Positions 13,441-27,764 of a stretch of 64,000 nt of DNA are shown here, piece after piece. Source of the stretch: Octopus vulgaris (lineage: Eukaryota); the NCBI GenBank assembly GCA_951406725.2, contig OX597842.1:33046001-33110000 (forward strand), written 5' to 3'. Every line of letters begins with the position of its first letter. Positions within the stretch are counted from its first letter, which is position 1. Made by a program: the position numbers and the translations under genes. The notes under the pieces were generated by a model. The model was not told the DNA's origin. It did not search any database and saw only the letters and a list, made by a program, of their open reading frames with translations.

Positions 13441-13479
13441 CTATATAATAATAACAGCAACAACAACAACAACAACAAC

Positions 13480-13544
<65 letters not shown>

Positions 13545-13585
13545 TAATAATAATGATAATGGTGGTGGTGGTGATGATGATGATA

Positions 13586-13618
<33 letters not shown>

Positions 13619-14046
13619 GTGATGGTGATGACGTCAAGGCAAACAAGGCTTTGTTAGCTAAGCAGCTGAAATCGGCCATATTTTGTTATATTCTTCATTT
13701 TTATTTTGTTATCGCTAAAAACGCTCCCATACTTGTTTCCTTTACTTGATTTTTTATGTATACATGATTGCATGTATGCGTGTATGGGTGTGTGTGTGTG
13801 TGTGTGTTTGTGCGTATGGTATGTTGGTGGAGTCGTGGGTGGGTGGGAGGGTGGGTGGATGGGGTTTAAAGAGTGGACGAAATAGATTACTGTGTGGGTG
13901 GTTATTTCGATGTGTTATGAAGGGTTCCAGGATTCGTAGCTCCTTAACTTTAGGAACACTGAACCCTAAAGGGTGGCTAGTTTTCGTTGCTCTGTATATA
14001 CAAATACCCATAAGCACACACACACGTACAGGTACACATACACAAA

Positions 14047-14088
<42 letters not shown>

Positions 14089-14197
14089 TACACAGTCTCA
14101 GAGCCATCCATTGGAAGTTAATTATGTGTGTATGTGTATAGTATGTGAGTATGTATGAATATATATATGTATGTGTATGTGTATATATATGTGTGTA

Positions 14198-14270
<73 letters not shown>

Positions 14271-14307
14271 TATATACATATATATATATGCATATATATA
14301 TATTATA

Positions 14308-14620
14308 TTAAATTAGAGATAAAACCACTATTAGGCAAATCAAACAGTGAAAATCATAAGCCAATACATAGAAATAAAATTAATTGAAAAAATAAAAAAT
14401 ATAAAATATAAAAATATAAAATTCCAAATTAAAATATTTAAATTAAATTTCAAAATTAAAAAAATTATTTAAATAATTTAAACTTATAAATTTTAAATAT
14501 ATATATATATTTATTATTATTATTTTATTTTATTTTATTTATTTATTCATTATTTTTATTATTATTATTATTTTTAAAAAAATTATATAACTATCAAAAA
14601 GTATTAAAAGTTTAATATAA
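14308..14620. repeat. AT-rich dispersed repeat (second copy ~26342-26560)
   Basis: Both copies begin attaaattagagataaaaccactattaggcaaatcaaa and contain tataactatcaaaaagtatta. Confidence 0.8.
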
Positions 14621-14779
14621 GATAATATAGATAGATAGATACGTTTATTTTAATTTAGGCTATCTAAGAGATACCACCGCGCTGGAAATAGCAGCCAAAA
14701 CCTGACTCTAAAACCACATTAAGTGTTCATACAGCACCAGAAGAGAAGACAAAAAGACAAAATAAACTAATAAAAAATT

Positions 14780-15290
14780 GGTAGTTATACATCGTCCCTG
14801 AATGATAGAAACTAAATTTTGCCAGCGGCAGGATTTGAACTTCAAACGTAAACGACTGGAGAAGAAATAAAAACAAAATGTTTGACACAATTGCGCCTGA
14901 TCCACAGCCCAACATTGGTGGTTTTATATCGTCCCTGAGTGATAAAAAGGAAATCTTAGCATCGACGTGATTTGAACCCCAACCGGAAACATTTAGAAAA
15001 AGAATACCATAACTGCTTGAAATAACTGCGACTAATTTGCTTTCAGATATCGCTAATGTGTCGTCCCTGGACGATAAAAAAAGAAATGCTGGCATTGGTA
15101 GGATTTGAACCCTAACCTAAACAAATGGAGAAAACCACCACAAATGCTTGAAATAATTGCATCTAATTCACTGTCTGATATTCCTAGTTATATATCGTCC
15201 CTGAGCGATAAAAAGGGAATTTTGGCATCGGTGCGAATTGAACCTGAAACGTAAAGAACCGGAAAAAAGAATAATAACCACAAAACATCT
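14780..15290 (-). repeat. Four degenerate ~135-bp tandem units derived from a family-D-like SINE head
   Basis: tcgtccctg...atttgaac motif at ~14792, 14929, 15061 and 15195. Confidence 0.8.
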
Positions 15291-15339
15291 GGCTAGTCAT
15301 TTTCTAATTCTTGCGGCGATCTAATTAAAAGGACGCAGA

Positions 15340-15600
15340 ATGATCACGTGACATACCACATTAACAAAGAAACATATATATAATAAACCAAAAAGAGTAT
15401 AATTTCAAAAATGGTTTCGTGACTGCACTAACGACCGCTAGATGTCAGCAGTGTTGAAATTATGGCCGTAGTTAAACATCTGGACAGTGGTCAATACGTT
15501 GTCCAGTCCTATTCTAATTCATACAAAATGGCGGACGATATTTTGTTGACAAGAAAGCGACACGATGCTCTCTGACGTCCATCTTTATATAAGAGCTCCG
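15340..15600 (+). promoter_or_regulatory. Candidate regulatory island: E-box, CTCF-like, YY1, CRE-like and TATA-like motifs
   Basis: tcacgtga 15344; ctgcactaacgaccgctagatgtcagca 15423-15450; caaaatggcgg 15524; tgacgtc 15573; tatataag 15586. Confidence 0.55.
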
Positions 15601-15846
15601 AATATCTGTCGTTCTCGCATAGGGATCGCATATCCGCTTGTTTATTTGTGTGGTTTTCTTGTTGTTTTCTTGTTGTTGCTGTTGTTGTTGTTGTTATTGT
15701 TGTCGTTGTTGTATAAGTGATTGTAAGTCAAGTATTGGTGTGTATATGTGTGTGTATGTGTGAGAGAGGAACAGAGAGGTATGGTTGCGTGAGTATATGA
15801 TATGCAGAATGACAATACGCACGTATATGCAGATATATATAAGCAT

Positions 15847-15901
<55 letters not shown>

Positions 15902-16065
15902 TACACATACATACACACCCACCCATATATTTATACACATACATATATACATATATATGTTATATATATATATATATATATACGTATATTTATGTGCGTA
16001 TAGATTTGTATATGTATGTATAAATATTTCTCTCTCTCTCTCCCATTCTCTCTGTGTATATAGTC

Positions 16066-16142
<77 letters not shown>

Positions 16143-16728
16143 CACCTCTGTAGGTATATATTTATATTTTCTATTTACCGTACACGATTATATGTTCATA
16201 ATTCTGCGTGCATGTGTATACAAATATATACATGCAAAGGTATGTACATGTATATTTATATACATACACATACACATACACACACTCACACATATGTATA
16301 TATACGTATATACATATATGCATATATATTTATGTGTGTGTACAAATATATGTATCTATGCATATAAGTGTATATATACGTATATATATATGTGTGTGTG
16401 TACGTATGTGAGTAAATGTTTGTGGATGTGGGGGTATATATATATATATACACGCACGCATAGTAAGAGGAGAGAGGAGGGGTGATGCTTGACCAACGTT
16501 AGTTGAAACAGTTGGAACCAAGCACCATAATTTATAACAGAGTTCTGTGGATTGGTGTGGAATCGGTGTTGATTAAATGGTCAGTTTGGACGACAATACA
16601 CCCACCTATTGTTAGCGGACTCACTAAATCTCATTTGAGGCACATCCACACGCCCGCGCGTGCCCGCATTCATACATACATATATGTACATATGCATGTA
16701 TATATGTATATATATATTATATATATAT

Positions 16729-17330
<602 letters not shown>

Positions 17331-17335
17331 AATGC

Positions 17336-17374
<39 letters not shown>

Positions 17375-17375
17375 T

Positions 17376-17514
17376 GATGGGCTTCTTTCAGTTTCCGTCT
17401 ACAAATTCCAGCCCGAGGTTATAGTAGAAGACACTTGACCACAGTACCACGCAGTGAGACCGAACCCGGAATATGTGGCTGGTAAGCAAACTTCTTAAAC
17501 ACACCGCCACTCCT
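17376..17514 (-). mobile_element. SINE family A head fragment
   Basis: Reverse complement of the family A head with an internal deletion. Confidence 0.8.
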
Positions 17515-17909
17515 GAAACTTATATACCTACATAGAAATACAAATATACGCACACACACAAACACACGTGCGTATATATTTGCCTGTGTATAAACACAAG
17601 TGCACATACATTTACGCCTTAAATCAAAATGAATTATTATTAGTGCCAGACTCCAAGACCCACACCGGTTCAGTCTGGCCACTGGTCACTATAATTGGTC
17701 ATTATCTAATTTTAAGATTCTAATTTTAGCCAACGTTTCCACCATGGAAGCTAAAAAGAAAAGAAAAAAAGGGACATAAAAAAAATGTAAAAATTGCAAA
17801 AAAAAAAGTATTAAAAGGATGAATATCAAAAAAATATATATATATAGCAAAATCTATTTATATTTCAATAATTTAATTTGTTCCGTATTAGATATATAAT
17901 TTTATTTTA

Positions 17910-17911
17910 GA

Positions 17912-17950
<39 letters not shown>

Positions 17951-18052
17951 CATTATTATTATTATTATCATTATCATTATTATTATTATTATAATTATTA
18001 TTATTATTATTATTATAATTATTATTATTATTATTATTATTATTATAATTAC

Positions 18053-18116
<64 letters not shown>

Positions 18117-18222
18117 GTGTTTTAGCGGGAGTTTAATAATTCTTCTTTCTCCAAAAATATTGACCATTAGTATAGGTCAGTTGCCCGTTGACATAGATGA
18201 ATTATAAGTAATAATAATAATG

Positions 18223-18299
<77 letters not shown>

Positions 18300-18388
18300 T
18301 TTGTTTATTTGCCAGTGGAACGAAGGATGAGGGGAAAATACAAACCAGACATAATTTGTGGAGGTTTAAATATAATGAAATGATAAAA

Positions 18389-18457
<69 letters not shown>

Positions 18458-18496
18458 TGATGATGATGATGATAATAATAATAATAATAATAATAA

Positions 18497-18527
<31 letters not shown>

Positions 18528-18727
18528 AAGAAGAAGAAGAAGAAGAAAAAGAAGAAAAAGAAGAAAAAGAAGAAAAAGAAGAAGAAGAAATGAAGAAGAA
18601 GAAGAAGAAGAAGAAGAAGAAGAAGAAGAAGAAGAAGGAGAAGTAGAAGAAGAAGAAGAAGAAGAAGAAGAAGAAGAAGAAGAAGAAGAAGAAGAAGAAG
18701 AAGAAGAAGAAGAAGAAGAAGAAGAAT
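17910..18727. repeat. (ATT)n/(AAT)n/(GAA)n microsatellite block
   Basis: Seen directly in the sequence. Confidence 0.95.
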
Positions 18728-18819
18728 CCTTTCTTTTATCTGCCACAAGGGCCGAACAGAAAAAGAAATAGGGACGATACAATACAAGGGATAAGTGGGG
18801 CATTGAAGAATGGGTGTGG

Positions 18820-19545
18820 GTGACTAGTCGATATCATTAACGCTAGAATACGACTGCTATTTCATTTTATCGGTCCCCTCCCCCCACCTGCAAGTGATCG
18901 AAAAATTAATTTATAAAGTCAACCTTGTTACGTATTGTATGACGATGATTTTATATGAAAATTACAGAATTTGTTGCCGGAATACTCAACCAGACGTAAA
19001 TTTCACAAGCGTTAATTCAGATGAGTTAACAGATTATAGCTCAACATCATCGACGTCGTCGATAACGACCGAGATCCCTCCTCAAACCATTCGTCACGTG
19101 ACATTGTAGCCTATTCTTTCTCGACCTACATATCACACAGGCCACCATTTTGGTGGCCATATTGCTGTAAAAGTAGGATTGTTTCAGGGATGGCGACTAG
19201 TAGATATCATTGACCCCAGTACATGACTAGTAGTTTCTTTTATTGACCCCTTCCCTCTCCCACTAATCGAAAAATTAGTCTAAAAACATCAATCTTCTCA
19301 AGAATTGTATCTCGATAATTTTATTTAAAAGTTACAGTATTTGTTTCCGGAATACTCAACCAGATGTGAATTTCACAAGCGGTAATTCAGTTCGGCTAAC
19401 AGCTTATAGGCCATTATCATCATCATCATCGTCGTCGATAACGACCGAGATCCCTCCAGCAAAACGGCCATCACGTGACATTGTAATCTATTGTTTCGTG
19501 ACCAACATATCATTCAGGCCGCCATTTTGGCAACTACTTTGTAAA
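18820..19545. repeat. Diverged ~370-bp direct tandem duplication
   Basis: gactagt...gatatcatt starts at ~18822 and ~19195. Shared blocks: ccggaatactcaaccaga, tcgtcgataacgaccgagatccctcc, tcacgtgacattgta, ggcc(a/g)ccattttgg. Confidence 0.9.
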
Positions 19546-19573
19546 GCGCTGTAGCCATTCTTTTCAAACTTAC

Positions 19574-19870
19574 CTCGTACTAATGGTTCCTCGCCTAACG
19601 CCAAAATATTGCCCGTTGGTCATACCAAGCAATTACTATTAATATGAGGCGAAAATACAAAAAATAATGACCACTAGAGCCGTAAATATGACCAAAAATC
19701 GACCGATCTTGACCGCTGTCTTCTTTCTCTCTGGACCGCTCCCCGTTTTAGCGTCTTTGTCCGGTGACGACCGGTAGATGTCAGTAGAGTGAAATTATGA
19801 CCACACTTAACCATCTGGTGGAGTGGTCAGTACAATGCACGGCCATTTTTCTGAATAAAATGGCCGATTC
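19574..19870 (-). promoter_or_regulatory. Candidate promoter or first exon with strong splice donor
   Basis: CpG-rich unique DNA. Minus-strand GAG|GTAAGT at 19574/19573, CTCF-like sites at 19771 (+) and ~19807-19822 (-), and an inverted YY1 pair at 19840-19866. Confidence 0.4.
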
Positions 19871-19949
19871 ACTGACCACTCTTCGAAACAATGACAACGT
19901 TTGCAAGAAAGAATTTTTTGTTGTTATTATTTTGGGGGGGGGTGCTGAT

Positions 19950-20390
19950 ATGGGTAGTGGTGGTGGTTGCGTTGGTCTTAGTGGTGGTGGTGGCGGTCGT
20001 GGTGGTGGTGATGATGGTAGTAGTGGTGGTGGTTGCGTTGGTTTTGGTGGTGGTGGCGGTGGTGGTGGTGATGGTGGTAGTGATGGTGGTTGCATTATGA
20101 TCGTTGATGGTGGTGGCGATGGCGGTGGTAGTGGTGGTCGTGGCGGTGGTGGTGATGATGGTAGAGGTGGTGGTTGCGTTGGTCTTGGTGGTGGTGGTGG
20201 TGGTGATGGTGGTAGTGGTGGTGGTTGCGTTATTGTTGTTGTTGGTGGTGTCGATGGCGGTGGTAGTGGTGCTGATGGTGGTAGTGGCATTGGTGATAGT
20301 GGTGGTGGTGGTGGTCATGATGCTGGTTCTGGTGGTAAAGGTGGTAGAGGTTGTTACGGACGTTGGGGTTATAGTGGTAGTATTGTGTGT
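19950..20390. repeat. Degenerate (GGT)n microsatellite
   Basis: Seen directly, with recurring ggttgcgttggt sub-units. The poly-G/P/T/V ORFs are artefacts. Confidence 0.9.
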
Positions 20391-20414
20391 GTGATTTTGT
20401 ATGTATGAGAGAGG

Positions 20415-20458
<44 letters not shown>

Positions 20459-20494
20459 AACAACCAATGTTTAGTGTATACATGTACATATGTA

Positions 20495-20547
<53 letters not shown>

Positions 20548-20659
20548 ATGAATGTATGCATGGAAATAAATGTATATGTATATGTAAGGATGTGTGCTTT
20601 TCTATAAACATACATGCAAACATACAGACAGACACACAGATAGATAGATGCATACATAT

Positions 20660-20700
<41 letters not shown>

Positions 20701-20718
<18 letters not shown>

Positions 20719-20940
20719 TTTTTTTGTACTGTTTCAGTCATTTGACTGCGGCCATGCTGGAGCACCGCCTTTAGAGTGGTGAAAGAGTACAGCAGGGATC
20801 ACCACCATCCCCTGCCGGAGCCTCGTGGAGCTTTTAGGTGTTTTCGCTCAATAAACACACACAACGCCCGGTCTGGGAATCGAAACCGAGATCCTACGAC
20901 CGCAAGTCCCCTGCCCTAACCACTGGGCCATTGCGCCTCC
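20701..20940 (-). mobile_element. Chimeric SINE: family C head fused to a family A tail with poly(A)
   Basis: Minus strand ggcgcaatggcccagtggttagg...ctctttcaccactc joins directly to taaaggcggtgctccagcatggccgcagtcaaatgactgaaac and then An. Confidence 0.85.
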
Positions 20941-20941
20941 A

Positions 20942-21079
<138 letters not shown>

Positions 21080-21212
21080 TAGATAGATTTATCTATATAC
21101 ACGTTTATTTACAGTCACTGATATAGTCATACCTACACATATATATAGCTATATTTAGCTATTTATCCTCTCATGAATTTGTGTAAGCATATATATATAT
21201 ATATATATATAT

Positions 21213-21281
<69 letters not shown>

Positions 21282-21349
21282 CGGACAGATAGATTGACAT
21301 AATTTATGCATAGATACATACGTACCTGTAAGCATACATGCAGGCACAG

Positions 21350-21510
21350 ATGGGGCTGTGTGGTAAAGAGCTTGCTTCCAAGCCACACGGTTCCGGGTTC
21401 AGTTCCACTGCGTGGCACCTAAGGCAAATATCTTCTTTTGTAGTCTTGGGCCGACCAAATCCTTGAGTAGATTTGGTAGACGGAAACTGAAAGAAGCCCG
21501 TCGTGTATGT
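21350..21510 (+). mobile_element. SINE family A head
   Basis: Homology to the other family A heads in the window. Confidence 0.85.
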
Positions 21511-21512
21511 AA

Positions 21513-22565
21513 ACATGGGACTGTCTTGGGCTCCTTCTCTTTGTAGTCTATATAAACGACCTTTCCAGTGTCATAAAACGCAGCAAAGTGAAAATATTCG
21601 CTGATGGCTCTAGACTCCAGAAAATTACCAATGAAGAAGCAGACCGAACTCAACTCCAGTCTGATCTACATGGTGTGAGTCAATGGGCAGACAGAAACAA
21701 AATGCAACTAAACGAGGGAAAATTTGAGCTGATGCATATTGGAAAAAAGATTATGTTAAAACAGCCATACTCTCTTCCTTCAGGGGAACCCCTCACAGCA
21801 TCTAATAATATCAGAGACTTAGGAATAATTGTGGATAACAATCTCAGCTGAAGTACCCACATCAATATTAAGGTTGATATAGCCCGTAGGATGAGCTCCT
21901 GGATCCTAACAACCTTCTGGTTCAGAGAGCAAGGTGTCAACATTCCTCGTTTCTCCTCCTTTGTACGGCCACATCTCGAATACTGCTGCCCACTGTGGTC
22001 TCCCCAAGCAAAACATGAAATTTTCAAAACTCAATAACCCTAGAGTTCACTCAGTAAAAGAATTGAGGGCATGACTGATCTCGATTACTGGGACCACATT
22101 AAAGCGTTGAAACTCTATGCTCTCTAGCACCGCCATGTGTGATACATCATTTACAAGATGCTGGAGAATATACCACCAGCATTGCTCAAATGACCTGAAC
22201 ATAAGCTTCAGAATTCACCCAAGGTTAATACCAGGGGCCATATGTCCCCTACCTAATTCAGGATCACAATGCATCAATACACAGCAACACAACTTCTTTC
22301 CTCAACAGGCCCTGTCCTGTTTAATATTGTCCCAATACAGATCAAAGAGGAAATGGCTCCCATCGCCTTTAAACGGAATCTGGACAAATTTCTTCAAGGA
22401 GTACTAGATAAGCCTGGATACAACTCACTCAACAAGAACTCACTACACGAATAGACCATGATACCACAAAACTTGACTTAAAAAGGATTTAGATCATCCT
22501 ATTAGGTAGTGCTATTAAGTTAGACATGGCCTGGACCAATCTTTGGTCGAAACATATCTAAGTTA
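21513..22565 (+). mobile_element. CR1-like LINE reverse-transcriptase 3' fragment (pseudogene)
   Basis: HGTVLG..., KIFADGSRL, LQSDL...W...N.MQLN..K, IRDLGIIVD.NLS*, FVRPHLEYCCPLWSP, with stops and frameshifts. 3' end gctattaagttagacatggcctgg. Confidence 0.92.
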
Positions 22566-22567
22566 TA

Positions 22568-22610
<43 letters not shown>

Positions 22611-22612
<2 letters not shown>

Positions 22613-22734
22613 CGGGAAGCTTTATGAAAATAAACAAAAGACGAAGGCAGGTGGAAAACAAACGAACAATTGTATTAGTATGGCGCTCAGGAAATATAAA
22701 TAAAACAAGTCTTTAACGTTTCGAGCCTACGCTC

Positions 22735-22738
<4 letters not shown>
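22611..22738 (-). mobile_element. Truncated hammerhead-bearing short repeat (same family as 42660 and 44628)
   Basis: aaagacgaaggcaggtgg...aacgtttcgagcctacgctcttc, cut off by (TA)n just before the CUG of the core. Confidence 0.7.
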
Positions 22739-22787
<49 letters not shown>

Positions 22788-22794
22788 TATATAT

Positions 22795-23085
22795 GCCTTG
22801 TGAGTGGATTTGGTAGACGGAAACTGAAAGAAGCCTGTCGTATATATGTATATATATATATATATATATGTGTATGTGTGTCTGTGTTTGTTCTCCTAGC
22901 ATTGCTTGACAACCGATGCTGGTGTGTTTATGTCCCCGTCACTTAGCGGTTCGGCAAAATGAGACCGATAGAATAAGTACTGGGCTTACAAAGAATAAGT
23001 CCCGGGGTCGATTTGCTCGACTAAAAGGCGGTGCTCCAGCATGGCCGCAGTCAAATGACTGAAACAAGTAAATGATAAATGATAA
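22795..23085 (+). mobile_element. SINE family A, 5'-truncated
   Basis: End of the head plus a complete tail. Confidence 0.9.
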
Positions 23086-23086
23086 A

Positions 23087-23796
<710 letters not shown>

Positions 23797-23805
23797 ATAT
23801 GTATA

Positions 23806-23882
<77 letters not shown>

Positions 23883-23894
23883 CTTTTCTATTTC

Positions 23895-24076
23895 TTCTTT
23901 TATCTTTTTACTTGTGCAGTCCCTGGACTGCGGCCACGCTGCAGCACCGCCTTCGGGAATTAATATCAAAGTGAATCGACGCCAGTATTTTTTGTTTGTT
24001 TTCAAACACGATAAATGCTTTGTCGGTTTGTTTCGCCGAACCGCTAACGTACGGGAATGTAAACACACCAACACCG
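23895..24076 (-). mobile_element. SINE family A tail, degenerate
   Basis: gactgcggccacgctgcagcaccgcc...gccgaaccgctaa...aaacacaccaac. Confidence 0.75.
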
Positions 24077-24202
24077 TTTAAATTATTTTGATTTGGGATG
24101 GCGTATTGTGCCTTCTATTCCCTTCGTGCAAACTTTCAATTGTAACCCGAATGCCATGTATATCTATCCATCTGTCTATCTATCAGTATGTCTGTCCGTT
24201 TG

Positions 24203-24330
<128 letters not shown>

Positions 24331-24526
24331 TCTCTGTCTGCCTCTCCCTTCCTCTCTCCCTCTATTTGTCTCTCTCTGTCTCTCTCTCTCTGCCTCTCTC
24401 ACTCTGTCTGTCTGTCACTCTCTGTGTCCATCTATCTGTCTCTGTCTCCCTGTCTGTCTCTCTTTCTCTCTCCCTTGCTCCCTCTTCATCTCTCTCCTTG
24501 TCTCTCTCTCACTTTCTCTATCTCTC

Positions 24527-24570
<44 letters not shown>

Positions 24571-24804
24571 CCTATCTACATGTCCGTCTGTCTCACTATC
24601 AACATTACTATCTAACCATCACTCCCTCTCCCTCCTTCTCTCTTTCTACCCATCTCCCAATCTCTCTCTTTCTTTCTCGCTCTCCCACACACAAAACCAC
24701 CCCAACACCTTACTCTCCACCTTACTCTCCTCCACGTTTCATAGCATTCTGTCCGCATCACTGATTCTTTGATGAAGAGTCAAACTCACAGACAATTCTC
24801 TAAA

Positions 24805-24860
24805 TGAAGGACACGTGTTCCTTGGCAATCGATTCGAGACAGGTGGCGCTAACGGCTCGT
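24805..24860 (+). promoter_or_regulatory. E-box plus CTCF-like site
   Basis: cacgtg 24811 and acaggtggcgcta 24839-24851. The 5' CC of the CTCF consensus is missing. Confidence 0.35.
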
Positions 24861-25144
24861 TCCCGTTTGTCGCCATCCCCACCATACACACTCTCTCTCT
24901 CTCTCTCTCTCTTTCATCCTCTTTTGTCTCTCTATTACATTTTACTTCCCTTTATTTATTACTCTCTCCCTCTCTCTGTCTTCCTGTCACTGTCTCTCTG
25001 TCGTTGTCTCCATATCAGATCTGTATATATTCGTGCATGTATGTACACGCGTGTGTGTGTGTTTATATATATATATATATATGCATGTGTGTGGGTAGAT
25101 GTATATATGTATTTATATCTATATGTATGAATATATGTGTGTTA

Positions 25145-25181
<37 letters not shown>

Positions 25182-25198
25182 AGTGTGTGTGTATGAAG

Positions 25199-25256
<58 letters not shown>

Positions 25257-25394
25257 ATTTATATCTCTATGTATAAATACATGCGTGAGTGTGTATTTAT
25301 ATATATGTGTGTGTGTGTTTACATGTATGTCTACATACATGCATGCGTATATATTGTATATATATATACACACAGGCATACATGCATACATATA

Positions 25395-25612
25395 TACTCT
25401 TTTACTCTTTTACTTGTTTCAGTTATTTGACTGCGGCCATGCTGGAGCACCGCCTTTAGTCGAGCAAATCGACCACGGGACTTATTCTTTGTAAGACCAG
25501 TACTTATTCTATCGGTCTCTTTTTGCCGAACCGCTAAGTGACAGGGACGTAAACACACCAGCATCGGTTGTCAAGCAATGCTAGGGGGACAATCACAGAC
25601 ACACAAACATTT

Positions 25613-25654
<42 letters not shown>

Positions 25655-25820
25655 TACGACAGGCTCCTTTCAGTTTCCGTCTACCAAATCCGCTCACAAG
25701 GCTTTGGTCGGCCCGAGGCTATAGCAGAAGACACTTGCCCAAGATGCCACGCAGTGGGACTGAACCCGGAACCATGTGGTTGGTAAGCAAGTTACTTACC
25801 ACACAGCCACTCCTGCGCCT
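25395..25820 (-). mobile_element. SINE family A, full length
   Basis: Reverse complement of the head, microsatellite and tail. Confidence 0.92.
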
Positions 25821-25911
25821 ATATATATATGTAATATAAATAATATATGTGCATATATACATACGTATATGTACATACATCTATACGTATATATATATAT
25901 ATATACGCATA

Positions 25912-26180
25912 TGTGGGCACAGGACGTCACAAAATGTGTACAACAAAACAGTACGAAGCACGAGTACATGGAATATGAACAATTCTTTCGAACAACGAAA
26001 GACACAAATGGAAAACAAAACAAACAACATAAAGAACGACCCTTCATCAGTCGTTGGCTGTTTTTCTACTCTCGTATTTCGAGCATTTAACAATAGACGC
26101 TTTCGATAAAACAGTTGCTTCCGCAAAGCAAATTTTAATAAAATTTGGGATTTTGCGGATTGTCAAATTTGGTAATACAA
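25912..26180. repeat. Dispersed repeat related to ~50420-50620
   Basis: Shared tttcgaacaacgaaa...caacataaagaac...ccttcatcagt...cgcaaagcaaatt...aataaaatttg. Confidence 0.7.
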
Positions 26181-26715
26181 ACATATATATATATATGTAT
26201 GTATGTATTTATGTTATCATATAAGTATAGGTACATATATAATTGCATGCACACATCCCTACAGATATATACTTATGTATATGTGCATGTATGTGAGTGT
26301 GTATGTGTGTGTAGGTATATATATATATATATACATATATAAATTAAATTAGAGATAAAACCACTATTAGGCAAATCAAAGATTGAAAAACATAAACCAA
26401 AGCATAGAAATAAAATTAATTAATATAATGTACAAAATATATAAAATATCAAATTTAAAATTTAAATTATTTAAAATTAAAATTATTAATTTATATTTAT
26501 ATTTATAATTAAAAAGATTTTCTTTTAAAAATTATATATAACTATCAAAAAGTATTATACATATATACATCATATATTAATATATATATATATATATATA
26601 TAATATATATATATTTGTATGTATATTATATTAGAGAAGAATTCAAAACCAAGACAGAACGAGTATCTCAAGTCATTTAAAATAATTTAATTAATTAGGG
26701 TAAGGTGAATTTGAA

Positions 26716-26791
26716 GTCTTACAGCCGTTTCTGAGATAACCCAAGTGGTAGGTTAGAATGTCCGTCCACTAGGTATTCCATCATCAGAGAC
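26716..26791 (-). ncRNA. Type I hammerhead ribozyme motif
   Basis: Minus strand gucu-CUGAUGA-(uggaauaccuagugg...ccacuuggguuaucuca)-GAAA-c ggcu GUA-agac. Stem I gucu/agac, long stem II, minimal stem III. Predicted cut between 26720 and 26719. Confidence 0.75.
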
Positions 26792-27077
26792 AAGCTATGG
26801 ATATTTTAGACAAGGAAAATCTACATTTTACAAGGAATAAATTGCATAGTTTATAAGGAATAAAATAAAAGAATATAGTCAGAATAATGTTCACATCTTA
26901 TCTTATTCCAGAAGATGTGGATGTTGATCGGTACTTCCATAAAGGTACAGATTACTTAAAATGCCAAAATACCGCCTAGATTTACCTAGGGTCTTAACTA
27001 AGGACCTGTACCTCCATGGGAGTACCGACCAACATAGTAAATATAAACCAATATAATAAATAATAAATATTAAATAC

Positions 27078-27164
27078 AAATTACATACAATTGTTTCAAT
27101 TCTTACCCATAATAAGATTATAAAAATCCATTGTTTTGGGGTAAGAATCTCTTCAGTGTAATTT
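27078..27164 (-). ncRNA. Type I hammerhead ribozyme motif (best in window)
   Basis: Minus strand aaauuaca-CUGAAGA-gauucuuaccc...ggguaagaauu-GAAA-caauu-GUA-uguaauuu. 8-bp stem I, 11-bp stem II, palindromic stem III acaauugu. Predicted cut between 27086 and 27085. Confidence 0.85.
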
Positions 27165-27558
27165 TTGATATATTAGGATTCACAGGTCCAAGAAAAGACT
27201 AAATTTAAATATATTTGTTTTCAAGCGTGTGTCAATAATTAAAAGCAAAACAAAAAGGATAAAATTTAAATTAAAATTTGAAAAAAAGACCTAATAAATC
27301 GGTCGTAAAATATATTTGAATACCATTAAGTATTTTAATCTAAATATATCTTAGCGCAAATTTTTTTTAAATTACAAGGAAAAATATTTTAACAAAATAA
27401 TTTTTAAAATATTTAAAATAAACATGGTGAAATATAAAATGTCTCTCTCATTCTTTCATATTATTTAAAAATACATGTTATTATAATAACAATACACTAT
27501 TTATTTATGGGTAACTAGCAAAATACTATATTTAAAATACTTTATCATATCTAGTCAA

Positions 27559-27622
<64 letters not shown>

Positions 27623-27764
27623 ATATATATATATGTATATATATGTATATATATGTATATATATATATATGTATATATATGTATATATATGTATATATAT
27701 ATATATATGTATGTGGAAAAAAGTCAAGATAGAAAATGCTAAAATAATTTTATATAAAACATTT

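Noticed and set aside
19600-19760. Minus-strand frame resembling a transmembrane segment (KIGRFLVIFTALVVIIFVF)
   Set aside because: No in-frame ATG or acceptor upstream, and it stops before the donor.
24768-24795. ttgatga-a-gagt caa actc hammerhead-like half
   Set aside because: C3 is mutated and GAAA is absent.
25990-26055. Minus-strand CUGAUGA here and at ~50495
   Set aside because: Stems II and III are not convincingly formed, so these are kept only as a repeat family.
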